From positions 86,168-137,997 of the forward strand of contig PSMW01000004.1 in NCBI GenBank assembly GCA_040290295.1: a DNA stretch of 51,830 nt, read 5' to 3'. Made by a program: the position numbers and the translations under genes. The notes under the pieces are model-generated. The model had not been told where the DNA came from. It did not search any database and saw only the letters and a list, made by a program, of their open reading frames with translations. Below are positions 1 to 9,395 of this stretch, one piece after another (positions within the stretch are counted from its first letter, which is position 1; each line of letters begins with the position of its first letter). Origin of the DNA: Ignavibacteria bacterium. Lineage in GTDB: Bacteria > Bacteroidota > Ignavibacteria > UBA10030 > UBA6906.

Positions 1-1
1 C

Positions 2-385
2 CTTGATACTCTACGAAATTATTGCTATACTATGCACGGCAATGCACTCTATGTGGTCAGTTCGCGCAAAGAACGCATCAAAAACCTCCTCCGTAGCTAT
101 TCATTCAACCGCCCGCTCGATCTCCTTCGGCAGTACAGCCAACGTGTGGATGAACTCGAGCGAGCCATGACGACGGCAATGACGCATACGATATCGCTGC
201 TCAAAGCACGCAGCGAGTCGCTGCTACATCAACTCACAGCGCTCGACCCGGCGTCGGTCTTGCGCCGCGGCTACGCTATCGTTCGAAAAGAAGGACGGGT
301 TGTCGCTTCTCGGCATCTGTTGAATCCGCAGGATGAAATTGCCATCACGTTTCATGATGGAACCGTCGAAGGACGAGTATCGTAA
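2..385 (+). CDS. xseA: Exodeoxyribonuclease VII large subunit, 3' part (cut by the window edge)
   Basis: C-terminal LDPASVLRRGYAIV...ITFHDG motif; frame open from base 2; stop overlaps the xseB start. Confidence 0.9.
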   Translation, partial: LDTLRNYCYTMHGNALYVVSSRKERIKNLLRSYSFNRPLDLLRQYSQRVDELERAMTTAMTHTISLLKARSESLLHQLTALDPASVLRRGYAIVRKEGRVVASRHLLNPQDEIAITFHDGTVEGRVS

Positions 386-639
386 TGGCATCAGGAAAGA
401 AAGAACAAAAACAAACGTTCGAAGACTCACTCAAACGCTTGGAAGAGATCGTTGAACAGCTTGAGCAGGGTGATGTTCCTCTGGACGATGCTCTGCGCAT
501 GTACGAGGAAGGTATCGCCCTTGCGAAGGCATGCGTCGAAAAACTCACGCAAGCAGAGTTGCGTCTGAAGAAACTCTCAAAGGACATGGAAGGCAACGTT
601 CGCCTGATCGAAGCTGACGAAGAAGTGTCAGAGGAGTAA
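385..639 (+). CDS. xseB: Exodeoxyribonuclease VII small subunit
   Basis: TFEDSLKRLEEIVEQLEQGDVPLDDALRMYEEG signature. Confidence 0.95.
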   Translation: MASGKKEQKQTFEDSLKRLEEIVEQLEQGDVPLDDALRMYEEGIALAKACVEKLTQAELRLKKLSKDMEGNVRLIEADEEVSEE

Positions 640-666
640 GCGTTTCACTAACGAAGAAGGCATGCA

Positions 667-2595
667 ATGAGTACGTATCCGCTGTTGGACAAAGTGAACG
701 TTCCCGCTGATCTCCGATCGTTCACCGTTGCCGAGTTGAAAGCTCTCGCAGACGATGTTCGTTCGTTCCTTATCGATGTCGTTTCAACAACAGGCGGACA
801 CCTCGGTGCAGGACTTGGTGCGGTCGAATTGACCGTGGCGTTGCACTACGTCTTCAATACTCCGCACGACAAGTTGGTCTGGGACGTGGGTCACCAAGCC
901 TATCCTCATAAAATCCTCACCGGCAGAAAGCACCGACTTCACACCATCCGCCAATACAAGGGGTTGAGTGGCTTTCTTAAGCGCACGGAAAGCGAGTACG
1001 ACACCTTCGGTGCGGGCCATGCAAGCACAGCTATCTCCGCGGCGTTGGGGATGGTGGCGGCACGCGATTACAACGGTGACGATTACAAAGTGGTCGCTAT
1101 CGTCGGCGATGGCTCGATGACGGGGGGGATGGTGTATGAGGGGATGAACAATGCTGGCCTCTTGAAGAAAGATTTTATCGTTGTCCTGAACGATAACAAC
1201 ATGTCCATCGCTCCTAACGTTTGGGCGATCTCCAACTACTTCACTCAGATTATTTCCAATCCTTCGTACAATCGTTTTAAGGCAAACATCTATGAGTTGA
1301 CGGGCAAACTCGATGCGTGGGGTGACCGTATTCGGCGAGTGGCTGCGCGACTGGAGGAGGGAGTGAAGGTCGTCATCACCCCGGGCATGTTGTTCGAGGC
1401 GTTGGGCTTCCGGTATTTTGGCCCGATCAACGGGCACAACGTGAACCAACTCGTCCAGATCTTCAAGGATGTGAAGAACTACGATGGGCCTATTCTCGTT
1501 CACGTGACGACACAGAAAGGCAAGGGCTATGCTCCCGCAGAAGCAGATGCTCAACGTCTGCATGGCGTAACTCCGTTCGACAAGGTAACCGGTATTGCAC
1601 CCAAGAAGACGGGCGGACCACCTGCGTATACGAAAGTCTTCGGTAAAGCCATTACAGAATTGGCGAAAACCAACCCCAAGATTGTCGGCATCACCGCAGC
1701 GATGCCCGATGGAACGGGCTTGGACATTTTGCAAAAGGAATTGCCGACGAATTTCTACGACGTGGGTATCGCCGAACAACACGGTGTGACCTTCGCAGCA
1801 GGTCTGGCAACACAAGGAGTGATTCCCGTTGTTGCCATCTACTCGACATTCTTGCAACGAGCATTCGACCAAATCATTCACGACGTTGCCCTGCAGCATT
1901 TGCATGTTGTCTTCGCGCTCGATCGTGGCGGGTTGGTGGGCGCCGACGGACCCACGCATCACGGGGTGTTCGACCTCTCGTACCTTCGTCTCATCCCCGA
2001 CATGGTCGTGATGGCGCCTAAAGATGAAAGCGAACTGCGAGATATGCTCTATACGGCAATCGAGTACAAACGAGGACCCATCGCGATGCGTTATCCTCGC
2101 GGCAACGGTGTTGGAGTTCCGCTGAAGCAAGGGTTCGATCTCATTCCCATTGGCAAGGGAGAGATCGTACGGTCGGGGAACCACGTTGCTCTTCTCGCCA
2201 TCGGTGTGATGGTGCAGAACGCCTTGAAAGCCGCAGCCTTGCTGGAACAAGAAGGCATCGATGCCGAAGTGATCAACATGCGTTTCGTGAAACCGTTGGA
2301 TGAAGAATTGATCGAGCAGCTTGCCCGACGATTCGATACGTTCGTCACCGTCGAGGACAACACGGTCAAAGGCGGTTTCGGCAGTGCCGTGGCTGAATGC
2401 CTTGCCGCAAAGCAACTGACAAACGTTCGGCTCAAGATTCATGGCATTCCCGATCGCTTCATCGATCACGGTACACCCGAAGAGTTGCACCGCGAAGTGG
2501 GCATCGATCCGCAGGGGATTGCAAGCGTCGTGCGCGCCTTCCTGCAGTCCCAGAATCGAACGGTGCAACATGCTGCGCGAGCTATTGCTCTTTAA
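667..2595 (+). CDS. dxs: 1-deoxy-D-xylulose-5-phosphate synthase
   Basis: GGHLG, WDVGHQAY, TPP motif GDGSMTGG...LNDN, IAEQH, YSTFLQRAFDQ, GADGPTH. Confidence 0.98.
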   Translation: MSTYPLLDKVNVPADLRSFTVAELKALADDVRSFLIDVVSTTGGHLGAGLGAVELTVALHYVFNTPHDKLVWDVGHQAYPHKILTGRKHRLHTIRQYKGLSGFLKRTESEYDTFGAGHASTAISAALGMVAARDYNGDDYKVVAIVGDGSMTGGMVYEGMNNAGLLKKDFIVVLNDNNMSIAPNVWAISNYFTQIISNPSYNRFKANIYELTGKLDAWGDRIRRVAARLEEGVKVVITPGMLFEALGFRYFGPINGHNVNQLVQIFKDVKNYDGPILVHVTTQKGKGYAPAEADAQRLHGVTPFDKVTGIAPKKTGGPPAYTKVFGKAITELAKTNPKIVGITAAMPDGTGLDILQKELPTNFYDVGIAEQHGVTFAAGLATQGVIPVVAIYSTFLQRAFDQIIHDVALQHLHVVFALDRGGLVGADGPTHHGVFDLSYLRLIPDMVVMAPKDESELRDMLYTAIEYKRGPIAMRYPRGNGVGVPLKQGFDLIPIGKGEIVRSGNHVALLAIGVMVQNALKAAALLEQEGIDAEVINMRFVKPLDEELIEQLARRFDTFVTVEDNTVKGGFGSAVAECLAAKQLTNVRLKIHGIPDRFIDHGTPEELHREVGIDPQGIASVVRAFLQSQNRTVQHAARAIAL

Positions 2596-2658
2596 CGAAT
2601 CACAGGTGTCGTGGAGGAGACATTGTTTGCCGAGCGCAGACAATGTCTCTTGCTTTTT

Positions 2659-3780
2659 ATGAGACAGAAAGAGGATGCACCGGAACCTTCGGAGGACGCG
2701 AGCTACATGCGCGAATGTCTCACGTTAGGACGAAAGGGAACGGGCTTCGTTAGCCCGAATCCGCTCGTTGGCGCTGTGCTCGTGCACGATGGTCGCGTGG
2801 TTGCCCGTGGCTATCACCGCATCTTCGGAGGCCCACACGCAGAAGTCGAGTGCTTGCGTCGCTTCAAGCACGATGCTTCATCAAGCACACTCTATGTCAA
2901 CCTTGAACCGTGTTCGCATTACGGCAAGACGCCGCCCTGTGTCGATCTCATCGTCCAAAGGGGAATCCGTCGCGTCGTTGTCGGCATGCAAGATCCGAAT
3001 CCTCTAGTTTCTGGTCGTAGCATTCGAAAGCTCCGCCGCGCCGGCATCGAGGTGCGCGTGGGTGTGCTGAGGAAAGAGGCTGAAGAACTGAATCGTACGT
3101 TCATCAAACATATTACGACGGGACTTCCTTACGTTCACGTCAAGATAGCGCAAACAGCAGATGGCTTCATCGCCTCGCGCAAGCGGATGCGAGGCTACAT
3201 TACGTCCTCCCACGCGTTGAAGCAGGTGCATTGCTGGCGAGCTGAATACGATGCCGTTCTCGTCGGCGCACGAACGCTCACGATCGACAATCCGCAGTTG
3301 AATGTACGCTTCACGCACGGGCGAGATCCTGCAGTTGTTGTCGTTGACGGACGACTTTTCGTAAGCGGGAAGGAACGCGTCTTCCGCTCTGCACGAGCCA
3401 GACGGATATTCGTATGCACGACCAACGATGCTCTCCAACAACATAAAGCAAAGGCTGCCTTGCTCGTATCTCTCGGTGTAAGTGTTCTTCCGTTCCAAGG
3501 AGAACAGAATCGAATCGATCCCCGAGCGCTTCTGAAGAAGCTCTACCGGCTCGGGATAGCTTCTGTTCTTGTAGAGGGAGGGAGGGAAATATTCTCGCAG
3601 TTCATCGAACGCCGGTTGCTCGACGAACTCACGATATTTTTTTCGCCCAAACGCTTTGGGCGCGGATTGCCAGCAATGTCGGATCGTGCACAGCAAAGCC
3701 TGATGAGATGGTTGAAGGGCAAGCAGTGCTTCGGTCAGACTGTAGGCAACGATTATATGCTCACCGCTCGCAAACAGTGA
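2659..3780 (+). CDS. ribD: Bifunctional riboflavin pyrimidine deaminase/reductase
   Basis: PNPLVG, HAE, LEPCSHYGKTPPC zinc motif, VEGG; start set at ATG 2659 (ORF open from 2611). Confidence 0.95.
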   Translation: MRQKEDAPEPSEDASYMRECLTLGRKGTGFVSPNPLVGAVLVHDGRVVARGYHRIFGGPHAEVECLRRFKHDASSSTLYVNLEPCSHYGKTPPCVDLIVQRGIRRVVVGMQDPNPLVSGRSIRKLRRAGIEVRVGVLRKEAEELNRTFIKHITTGLPYVHVKIAQTADGFIASRKRMRGYITSSHALKQVHCWRAEYDAVLVGARTLTIDNPQLNVRFTHGRDPAVVVVDGRLFVSGKERVFRSARARRIFVCTTNDALQQHKAKAALLVSLGVSVLPFQGEQNRIDPRALLKKLYRLGIASVLVEGGREIFSQFIERRLLDELTIFFSPKRFGRGLPAMSDRAQQSLMRWLKGKQCFGQTVGNDYMLTARKQ

Positions 3781-3787
3781 GGAACCT

Positions 3788-4432
3788 ATGTTTACCGGCA
3801 TCATCCAGGAGATCGGTCGAGTCGTTTCTCGAACCAATGTCGGGGGTGGCATTCACTTCACCATCGAGGCTCCACAATCTGCGTCGGCACTTGCCGTCAA
3901 CGATAGTGTTGCCATGAACGGCGTGTGCTTGACCGTGATTGAACGGTCGTCGCATGCCTTCACCGTGGAAGCTGTGGAGGAAACGCTCAAGAAAACGACT
4001 CTTGCCCAATTGGATATTCAGCAACGCGTCAATCTCGAATTGCCCTTGAAGGTGACCGAACGGCTTGGGGGCCATATCGTGCTCGGGCATGTGGATGGCG
4101 TGGGCGTCGTTACGAATATTGTACAACGAGAAACGAGCTGGCTGTTTGAGTTCGCATTCCCATCAAACTTTCGGCGCTACATAATTCCTGTCGGTTCCAT
4201 CGCCATCGATGGCGTGAGCCTTACTGTTGCGGAGCTGGGCGAGCACTGGCTACGCGTCTCCATCATCCCCCATACATGGTCGAACACCACATTTCAATTT
4301 TTGCACGTAGGAGAGAAGGTCAATCTGGAATTCGACGTGATCGGCAAATACATCGAAAGTTTGATGAGCGCGCAAACGCGGGAATCTTCTTTCGATGTCG
4401 CAACATTGCGAGCTTGGGGGTATGATGTGTGA
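3788..4432 (+). CDS. ribE: Riboflavin synthase alpha chain
   Basis: MFTGII N-terminus, NGVCLTV, GGHIVLGHVDG, VNLEFD. Confidence 0.97.
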   Translation: MFTGIIQEIGRVVSRTNVGGGIHFTIEAPQSASALAVNDSVAMNGVCLTVIERSSHAFTVEAVEETLKKTTLAQLDIQQRVNLELPLKVTERLGGHIVLGHVDGVGVVTNIVQRETSWLFEFAFPSNFRRYIIPVGSIAIDGVSLTVAELGEHWLRVSIIPHTWSNTTFQFLHVGEKVNLEFDVIGKYIESLMSAQTRESSFDVATLRAWGYDV

Positions 4433-4450
4433 GGTGCCTGCATAATGTTC

Positions 4451-4479
4451 TTGATTCACACACGCGTTTTGAGTATTTT
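4451..4479 (+). promoter_or_regulatory. Putative sigma70 promoter for secG/tRNA-Lys
   Basis: TTGATT-N17-TATTTT. Confidence 0.45.
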
Positions 4480-4518
4480 TCGATGCCAGATTTTTCCAAG
4501 TATTGATAAAGGTGTACG

Positions 4519-4878
4519 ATGTTCGGATTTCTCATGGCTTTGGAAGTCCTCATCAGTATCCTCCTGATTATCGTTGTCCTCATGCAGGCAAGCAAGGGTG
4601 GTGGACTTGCGGGTACGTTCGGTGGCGGCAACGTTGGGATGATGTTCGGCGTGAGGCGCACAGCCGATTTCCTAATTAAGGCAACGCAAACATTGGCTGT
4701 CCTGTTCGGCGTGCTTGCGCTGATCATCAATATCTTCTTCCTTCCACGCACAGGAGCGAACACTGAAAGCTTGCTTCAACGAAGCGCGCAACAACAAAGC
4801 GCGCCGGTGCCGACGGTGCCACAGCTCCCATCGCCACAGCAACCTGGCTCGACGCCGTCACAGGCCCCTGCGAAATAG
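4519..4878 (+). CDS. secG: Preprotein translocase subunit SecG
   Basis: Two TM helices flanking VLMQASKGGGLAGTFGGG; followed by a tRNA, as is common for secG. Confidence 0.92.
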   Translation: MFGFLMALEVLISILLIIVVLMQASKGGGLAGTFGGGNVGMMFGVRRTADFLIKATQTLAVLFGVLALIINIFFLPRTGANTESLLQRSAQQQSAPVPTVPQLPSPQQPGSTPSQAPAK

Positions 4879-4908
4879 GTACCGGGTGGATTCCTGAACG
4901 TGCTCGTT

Positions 4909-4981
4909 GCACCCATGGCTCAATTGGTAGAGCAACTGACTCTTAATCAGTGGGTTCCAGGTTCGAGTCCTGGTGGGTGCA
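4909..4981 (+). tRNA. tRNA-Lys(CTT); CCA not encoded
   Basis: Acceptor GCACCCA/TGGGTGC, anticodon arm ACTGA-CTCTTAA-TCAGT, T arm CCAGG-TTCGAGT-CCTGG. Confidence 0.97.
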
Positions 4982-4992
4982 CAGCATATAAC

Positions 4993-5029
4993 AATGCCAA
5001 GGAAACGCCCCCTTGGCATTTCTCGTTTT
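4993..5029 (+). terminator. Intrinsic terminator after tRNA-Lys
   Basis: 10-bp stem AATGCCAAGG/CCTTGGCATT, then a T-rich tail. Confidence 0.75.
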
Positions 5030-5107
5030 CATGGGTTGATGAACAACGCCTCGACGTTCAAATATCCCGGCACGGATAGGATGCAGGCATCGAGTAGGGG
5101 TTCTGCG

Positions 5108-6118
5108 ATGCACAAAGGCATCGCCGACGTGTACACCGACATCGAAGCGGAGTACGATGCTGCGGTGAGGGCTGCTGCGCTGATCGATCAGTCAGCGATC
5201 GGAATGATCGAAATGCACGGCAGAGACGCACTCGATCTTCTCCATCGACTCTCGACAAACGATTTGCTACGCGTGGGTGTAGGAGGTGTTGCACCGAGTG
5301 TTCTCGTCACAGAAAAGGGGAGGGTCATCGACTATCTCCACGTGCTCGTCTTTCCTGATCGCATCATGCTCCTTGTCTCCGCGGGGAATGAACAGCGGGT
5401 TGCTTCATGGATCGAGAAGTTCACCATTATGGAAGATGTGCGTTCCTACGTTGTGACCGATCGCTTCAGTTTGTTCACGTTGATCGGGCCCCCCGCAAAG
5501 CAGATCGGCGAACACCTTTTTGGATCGACGGTTGAATCGGGAAAACTCATCGTGGGTGAAATCGATGCAACGCTCGTGCACGCGTTTTACAGAAAGGAAT
5601 TCGAGTCCGACTTGCTTGATATGATCGTCGAGCGGAGTGCTGCCGAAAAGGTGTGGAGATACCTCGCCGGTCGCCGACAGGAGTTGGGGGTTTCTTTGAT
5701 GGGGGCGAGTGCATACGAGGTGTTCCGAATAACGCGCGGCATGCCCCTGCTGGCACATGAGCTGTCGGACGCTTTCAATCCGTTCGAGGTTGGACTTCGC
5801 CATGCAATCAGCTTCACAAAAGGTTGCTATATAGGCCAAGAAGTGATTGCACGCCTCGAAACGTACCAGAAAGTTCAGCGCAGATTGGAGGGGATCGTCT
5901 TCGATCAGAACGCAAGCGTGCAGAGCGGTTCCACTCTTGTGCACGCTGGAGAAGAAGTGGGCGTTCTGACGAGCAGCAGCAGTAAAGCCATTCGCGGTAG
6001 GCGATGCGGCTTGGCTGTACTCAAGATGCATCGCATTCACTCCGATGACCCCATTGGGATCGTTGGACCCCAAGGGACCGTTCAGGGCGTTTGTGCAACG
6101 CTCCCTGTTCTTTTGTAA
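5108..6118 (+). CDS. ygfZ: YgfZ/GcvT-like folate-binding protein (Fe-S cluster maintenance)
   Basis: ISFTKGCYIGQEVIAR signature; start uncertain (5081 or 5108); the longer ORF overlaps the tRNA. Confidence 0.85.
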   Translation: MHKGIADVYTDIEAEYDAAVRAAALIDQSAIGMIEMHGRDALDLLHRLSTNDLLRVGVGGVAPSVLVTEKGRVIDYLHVLVFPDRIMLLVSAGNEQRVASWIEKFTIMEDVRSYVVTDRFSLFTLIGPPAKQIGEHLFGSTVESGKLIVGEIDATLVHAFYRKEFESDLLDMIVERSAAEKVWRYLAGRRQELGVSLMGASAYEVFRITRGMPLLAHELSDAFNPFEVGLRHAISFTKGCYIGQEVIARLETYQKVQRRLEGIVFDQNASVQSGSTLVHAGEEVGVLTSSSSKAIRGRRCGLAVLKMHRIHSDDPIGIVGPQGTVQGVCATLPVLL

Positions 6119-6154
6119 CTGACACCATCACATACATGTACCACGAGGGGATGC

Positions 6155-7009
6155 ATGAGACTGAAGTTCTCTGCAGAAGACATTGAACGGTGGCGCGACC
6201 GAACGTACAGACGGACCGCACGATTTGCAATCACCAACGAGAAGCAAGCCCTCGCTTTTATCAACAGTGTAGGGTTTTGTCTTGCGTCGAAAGCCGACGG
6301 ACTCGAATTGCCGAATTTGTGGGAAGCGCTTGTTGGAAGGAAAAACTCTCACGACGCACGTTCGGATCGGAGCTATTATCTATCATACGCGTGGGACATT
6401 CACCACATTCTGCCGAATCACAACAGCGTGTATTACGGCAAGCTCTTTCGTCGCAGACCAACCCTCGTCTCGCGAGAATACTTCCCTTATTTTTATGCCC
6501 TTGCCAAGCGCACAGGTGCAAAAGACGAATATCTCACAGAGTTTTCGCAAGGGAACCTCAGCGCACTGGCAAAGCACCTCATGGACATCCTTGTCCGCCG
6601 GTCACCCTTGACCACGAAAGAGCTTCGCACGATCCTGGCAACGGAAAGCAAGAAACACGTCGATGGATTGGATCGAGCACTCGACGAATTGCAGAGAAAC
6701 ATGTATATCTGCCGACTCGTCGGGAGCACGCAGCGCTTCGGCGCCGCGTGGGCGCCCGTGCTGAAAATGTTTGGGAAGGAAGTTCGCAAGGCGAGAAAGA
6801 TTTCCGTAGAGGACGCTCGCTGCAAGCTGCTCGAAAAATACTTCAGAAACCAACTGATCACATCCGTCGAAACCATCCACAAGGTCCTTGGATGGTCGAG
6901 AAAGGACATCTATCATACATTGGGACAGCTCATACGGAACGGCATCATTACACCCTGCACCGCTTTCGACGGAGAGAAGGGGAAGTGGTACTGCATCATT
7001 CGCGCGTAG
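6155..7009 (+). CDS. Hypothetical winged-helix protein, possibly AlkZ/YcaQ-like DNA glycosylase related
   Basis: Basic protein with VYYGKLFRRRPTLVS and two HTH-like segments; family assignment is from recollection only. Confidence 0.5.
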   Translation: MRLKFSAEDIERWRDRTYRRTARFAITNEKQALAFINSVGFCLASKADGLELPNLWEALVGRKNSHDARSDRSYYLSYAWDIHHILPNHNSVYYGKLFRRRPTLVSREYFPYFYALAKRTGAKDEYLTEFSQGNLSALAKHLMDILVRRSPLTTKELRTILATESKKHVDGLDRALDELQRNMYICRLVGSTQRFGAAWAPVLKMFGKEVRKARKISVEDARCKLLEKYFRNQLITSVETIHKVLGWSRKDIYHTLGQLIRNGIITPCTAFDGEKGKWYCIIRA

Positions 7010-7016
7010 GGACGCT

Positions 7017-7850
7017 ATGAAAAAACAAATGCAAGAAAAGCCGCCGAAGGCATACAAGAATGCCGACTTTCTCAATAGCCACGATGCACGCATTATCCGC
7101 ATCATGGCTGAGTTCTTGGAGCCGCACGCGAGGTTTCGCCACGAGCGCATAACAGACACGATCGTCTTCTTTGGCTCGGCACGTATTCAGGAGCGTAAGC
7201 ATGCACTCGCACACCTCAAGGACGTCGAGGCATTGCTCGCCAAAACCCGCAAACCCACAAAAAAGCTGCTGTTGGAATACCGCTCCGCTCAGACTGCTGT
7301 GGAGATGTCGAAGTACTATCATGACTGCGTAGAGCTTTCACGTTTACTCACTGCGTGGTCAAAGACTCTGAACCACTCGCATCGTTTCGTGGTTTGCTCA
7401 GGTGGCGGACCAGGTATCATGGAGGCTGCGAACAAAGGTGCCGCATTGGCGAAGGGGAAATCGATAGGACTCAATATCAGCCTGCCGTTCGAACAATACG
7501 CGAACGGCTATATCACCCCCAGCTTGAATTTCGAGTTCCATTACTTCTTCATGAGGAAATTTTGGTTCGCCTATCTCGCCAAGGCGTTGGTCGTATTCCC
7601 TGGCGGATTCGGAACGATGGATGAGTTGTTCGAAATTCTCACGCTCCTTCAGACCGATAAGATCAAGAAGAAGATGACGGTGGTGATTTACGGCTCTGAT
7701 TATTGGAAGCGCGTTATCAATTTCGATGAAATTGTTAGAACGGGGATGGCCTCGCCGGAAGACTTGTCATTGTTTCGATACTGCGACGACCCTCGTGAAG
7801 CATTCGAGTATCTGAAAGAATCGCTGCTCAAGAATTATCCAACAGCGTGA
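7017..7850 (+). CDS. LOG family (TIGR00730-type) nucleotide phosphoribohydrolase
   Basis: FFGSAR, SGGGPGIMEAAN, FFMRK, PGGFGTMDE. Confidence 0.9.
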   Translation: MKKQMQEKPPKAYKNADFLNSHDARIIRIMAEFLEPHARFRHERITDTIVFFGSARIQERKHALAHLKDVEALLAKTRKPTKKLLLEYRSAQTAVEMSKYYHDCVELSRLLTAWSKTLNHSHRFVVCSGGGPGIMEAANKGAALAKGKSIGLNISLPFEQYANGYITPSLNFEFHYFFMRKFWFAYLAKALVVFPGGFGTMDELFEILTLLQTDKIKKKMTVVIYGSDYWKRVINFDEIVRTGMASPEDLSLFRYCDDPREAFEYLKESLLKNYPTA

Positions 7851-8047
7851 GGGATGGTCACCCCACCAGTATCGCACGATGCGGTTCTGCTCGAGATAGT
7901 TTCGCTCATCGTGGCTCGGCGGTAGCAAGAGGGAAACTCGGAAAGCAAGGTTACACGAAGCACATTGAACTCACAGAAGCGATCCACCCCTTTGAATCCC
8001 GTACAGCTCGTGACGCTAGCAAAACTTTAAGCGTCAAGAGCAACCTC

Positions 8048-8076
8048 TTGCATCTTCATGGTTGAAACTGTAGATT
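8048..8076 (+). promoter_or_regulatory. Putative sigma70 promoter of ssrA
   Basis: TTGCAT-N17-TAGATT, 11 nt upstream of the tmRNA 5' end. Confidence 0.65.
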
Positions 8077-8087
8077 AAAATAGAGTA

Positions 8088-8458
8088 GGGGATGACTTGG
8101 ATTCGACGTGGAGGAAGATGGTCAAGAACGCATACCGTGCTCTCCGCGTCGCACGATAATAAAGCGGAAAACCATAAGTGCCAACTACAACTACGCACTC
8201 GCTGCTTAATTAACAAGGCAGCACGTCTCTTGCGTCCTCGCCTGTCGGGATGCGATGAGACGCCGACATGAGGCAGGATAACGTCATCCGTTCCTCCAGC
8301 AGATGACGTGAACCTCGCCGCAAGCGGGGATACTGGAGGTAGTCGTGCCGATGTCCTGTTTGTCGGATGCGGCTCGATGAGATGTCGAAGACAAACTATG
8401 TATGTAGTGTTCTTGATGGTCTTCTCTTCGGACGCGGGTTCGACTCCCGCCATCTCCA
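8088..8458 (+). ncRNA. ssrA: tmRNA; tag reading frame 8180-8209 encodes ANYNYALAA*
   Basis: 5' GGGGATG...GGATTCGAC, 3' GCGGGTTCGACTCCCGC-CATCTCC-A, tag ending YALAA. Confidence 0.96.
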
Positions 8459-8460
8459 CG

Positions 8461-8499
8461 AACGCTTCTCCGGATCTCGGTAGAAGCGTTTTTGTTTTT
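8461..8499 (+). terminator. Intrinsic terminator after tmRNA
   Basis: AACGCTTCT...AGAAGCGTT stem with inner CCG/CGG, then TTTGTTTTT. Confidence 0.8.
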
Positions 8500-8540
8500 G
8501 CGTCTTGCAAGTCATTGCTAAAGTCGTTACTTACATTTCC

Positions 8541-9395
8541 ATGAGAAGCAGTATACGATTCGTGAAGATGTCGGGGGCGGGAAATGATTTCGTCGTCGTT
8601 GACGACATGCGGCAGGAGATTCGTTGCGACAAATCGAAACTCGCCGTTGCCCTCTGTGCACCACACACGGGCATCGGTGCCGATGGCGCATTGTTCATCG
8701 AACCGAGTGAGAGAGCCGATTTCTTCATGCGATACTACAACGCCGATGGAACCTACGGCGGTATGTGCGGCAATGGCGGGCGTTGCGCGGCACGCTATGC
8801 CTACATTGCCGGCATCGCCCGCACACCAATGACATTCGAGGCACTCGACCATGTGTACGCAGCTAACATCGTTGATGCGAACGTCAAGCTGCGGATGAAG
8901 GACCCTACTATTTTTCAAGCGCGCTCTGTGCGCATTGGCGACAGAACGATCGATGGAGTATTTATCGATACAGGCTCGCCGCACTTCGTCGCTGAAGCTG
9001 CACACCTCAATGACGTCGATGTCAGGCAGCATGGACGGAGTATTCGTTTTGCAGCAGCGTTCGCGCCCGATGGTTGCAATGCAAACTTCGTCGAATTACT
9101 GCAGGATGGCACCGTTCGAATCAGGACATACGAGCGTGGAGTGGAAGCGGAGACACTCGCGTGCGGAACCGGCTGCATTGCCGCGGCTCTTGCATTGGCA
9201 CAGAAGTACAACATGGAGTCCCCGGTACGACTCAAGGTGAGGAGTGGAGAGGAGCTTAGGGTATATGTGCAGAGGGTCAATGATCGGTTTACGGATGTGC
9301 ATTTGGAAGGGAGCGCGCATTTTTTGTTCGCCGGTACCGTAACGTACGAGTCCGAAACGAACGCAATAGTCGATTCACCCGATATTGTGAAATAA
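8541..9395 (+). CDS. dapF: Diaminopimelate epimerase
   Basis: KMSGAGNDF, MCGNGGRC, RTYERGV, TLACGTG. Confidence 0.96.
   Translation: MRSSIRFVKMSGAGNDFVVVDDMRQEIRCDKSKLAVALCAPHTGIGADGALFIEPSERADFFMRYYNADGTYGGMCGNGGRCAARYAYIAGIARTPMTFEALDHVYAANIVDANVKLRMKDPTIFQARSVRIGDRTIDGVFIDTGSPHFVAEAAHLNDVDVRQHGRSIRFAAAFAPDGCNANFVELLQDGTVRIRTYERGVEAETLACGTGCIAAALALAQKYNMESPVRLKVRSGEELRVYVQRVNDRFTDVHLEGSAHFLFAGTVTYESETNAIVDSPDIVK

Noticed and set aside
784-2643. 619-aa antisense ORF over dxs, and similar long shadow ORFs (e.g. 13813-14775, 31245-32123, 34802-35800, 6190-7020)
   Set aside because: They lie on well-supported genes, have no recognisable motifs, and are expected from codon bias.
7847-8065. 72-aa ORF in the gap before ssrA
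   Set aside because: No motif, and it runs into the ssrA promoter; the ~200-nt gap stays unexplained.
4909-8499. tRNA-Lys and tmRNA as possible integration sites
   Set aside because: Both are followed directly by terminators and housekeeping genes; I saw no integrase or duplicated 3' end.
8034-9032. 332-aa minus ORF and 8308-8544 plus ORF
   Set aside because: They overlap tmRNA and dapF, which explain the sequence.
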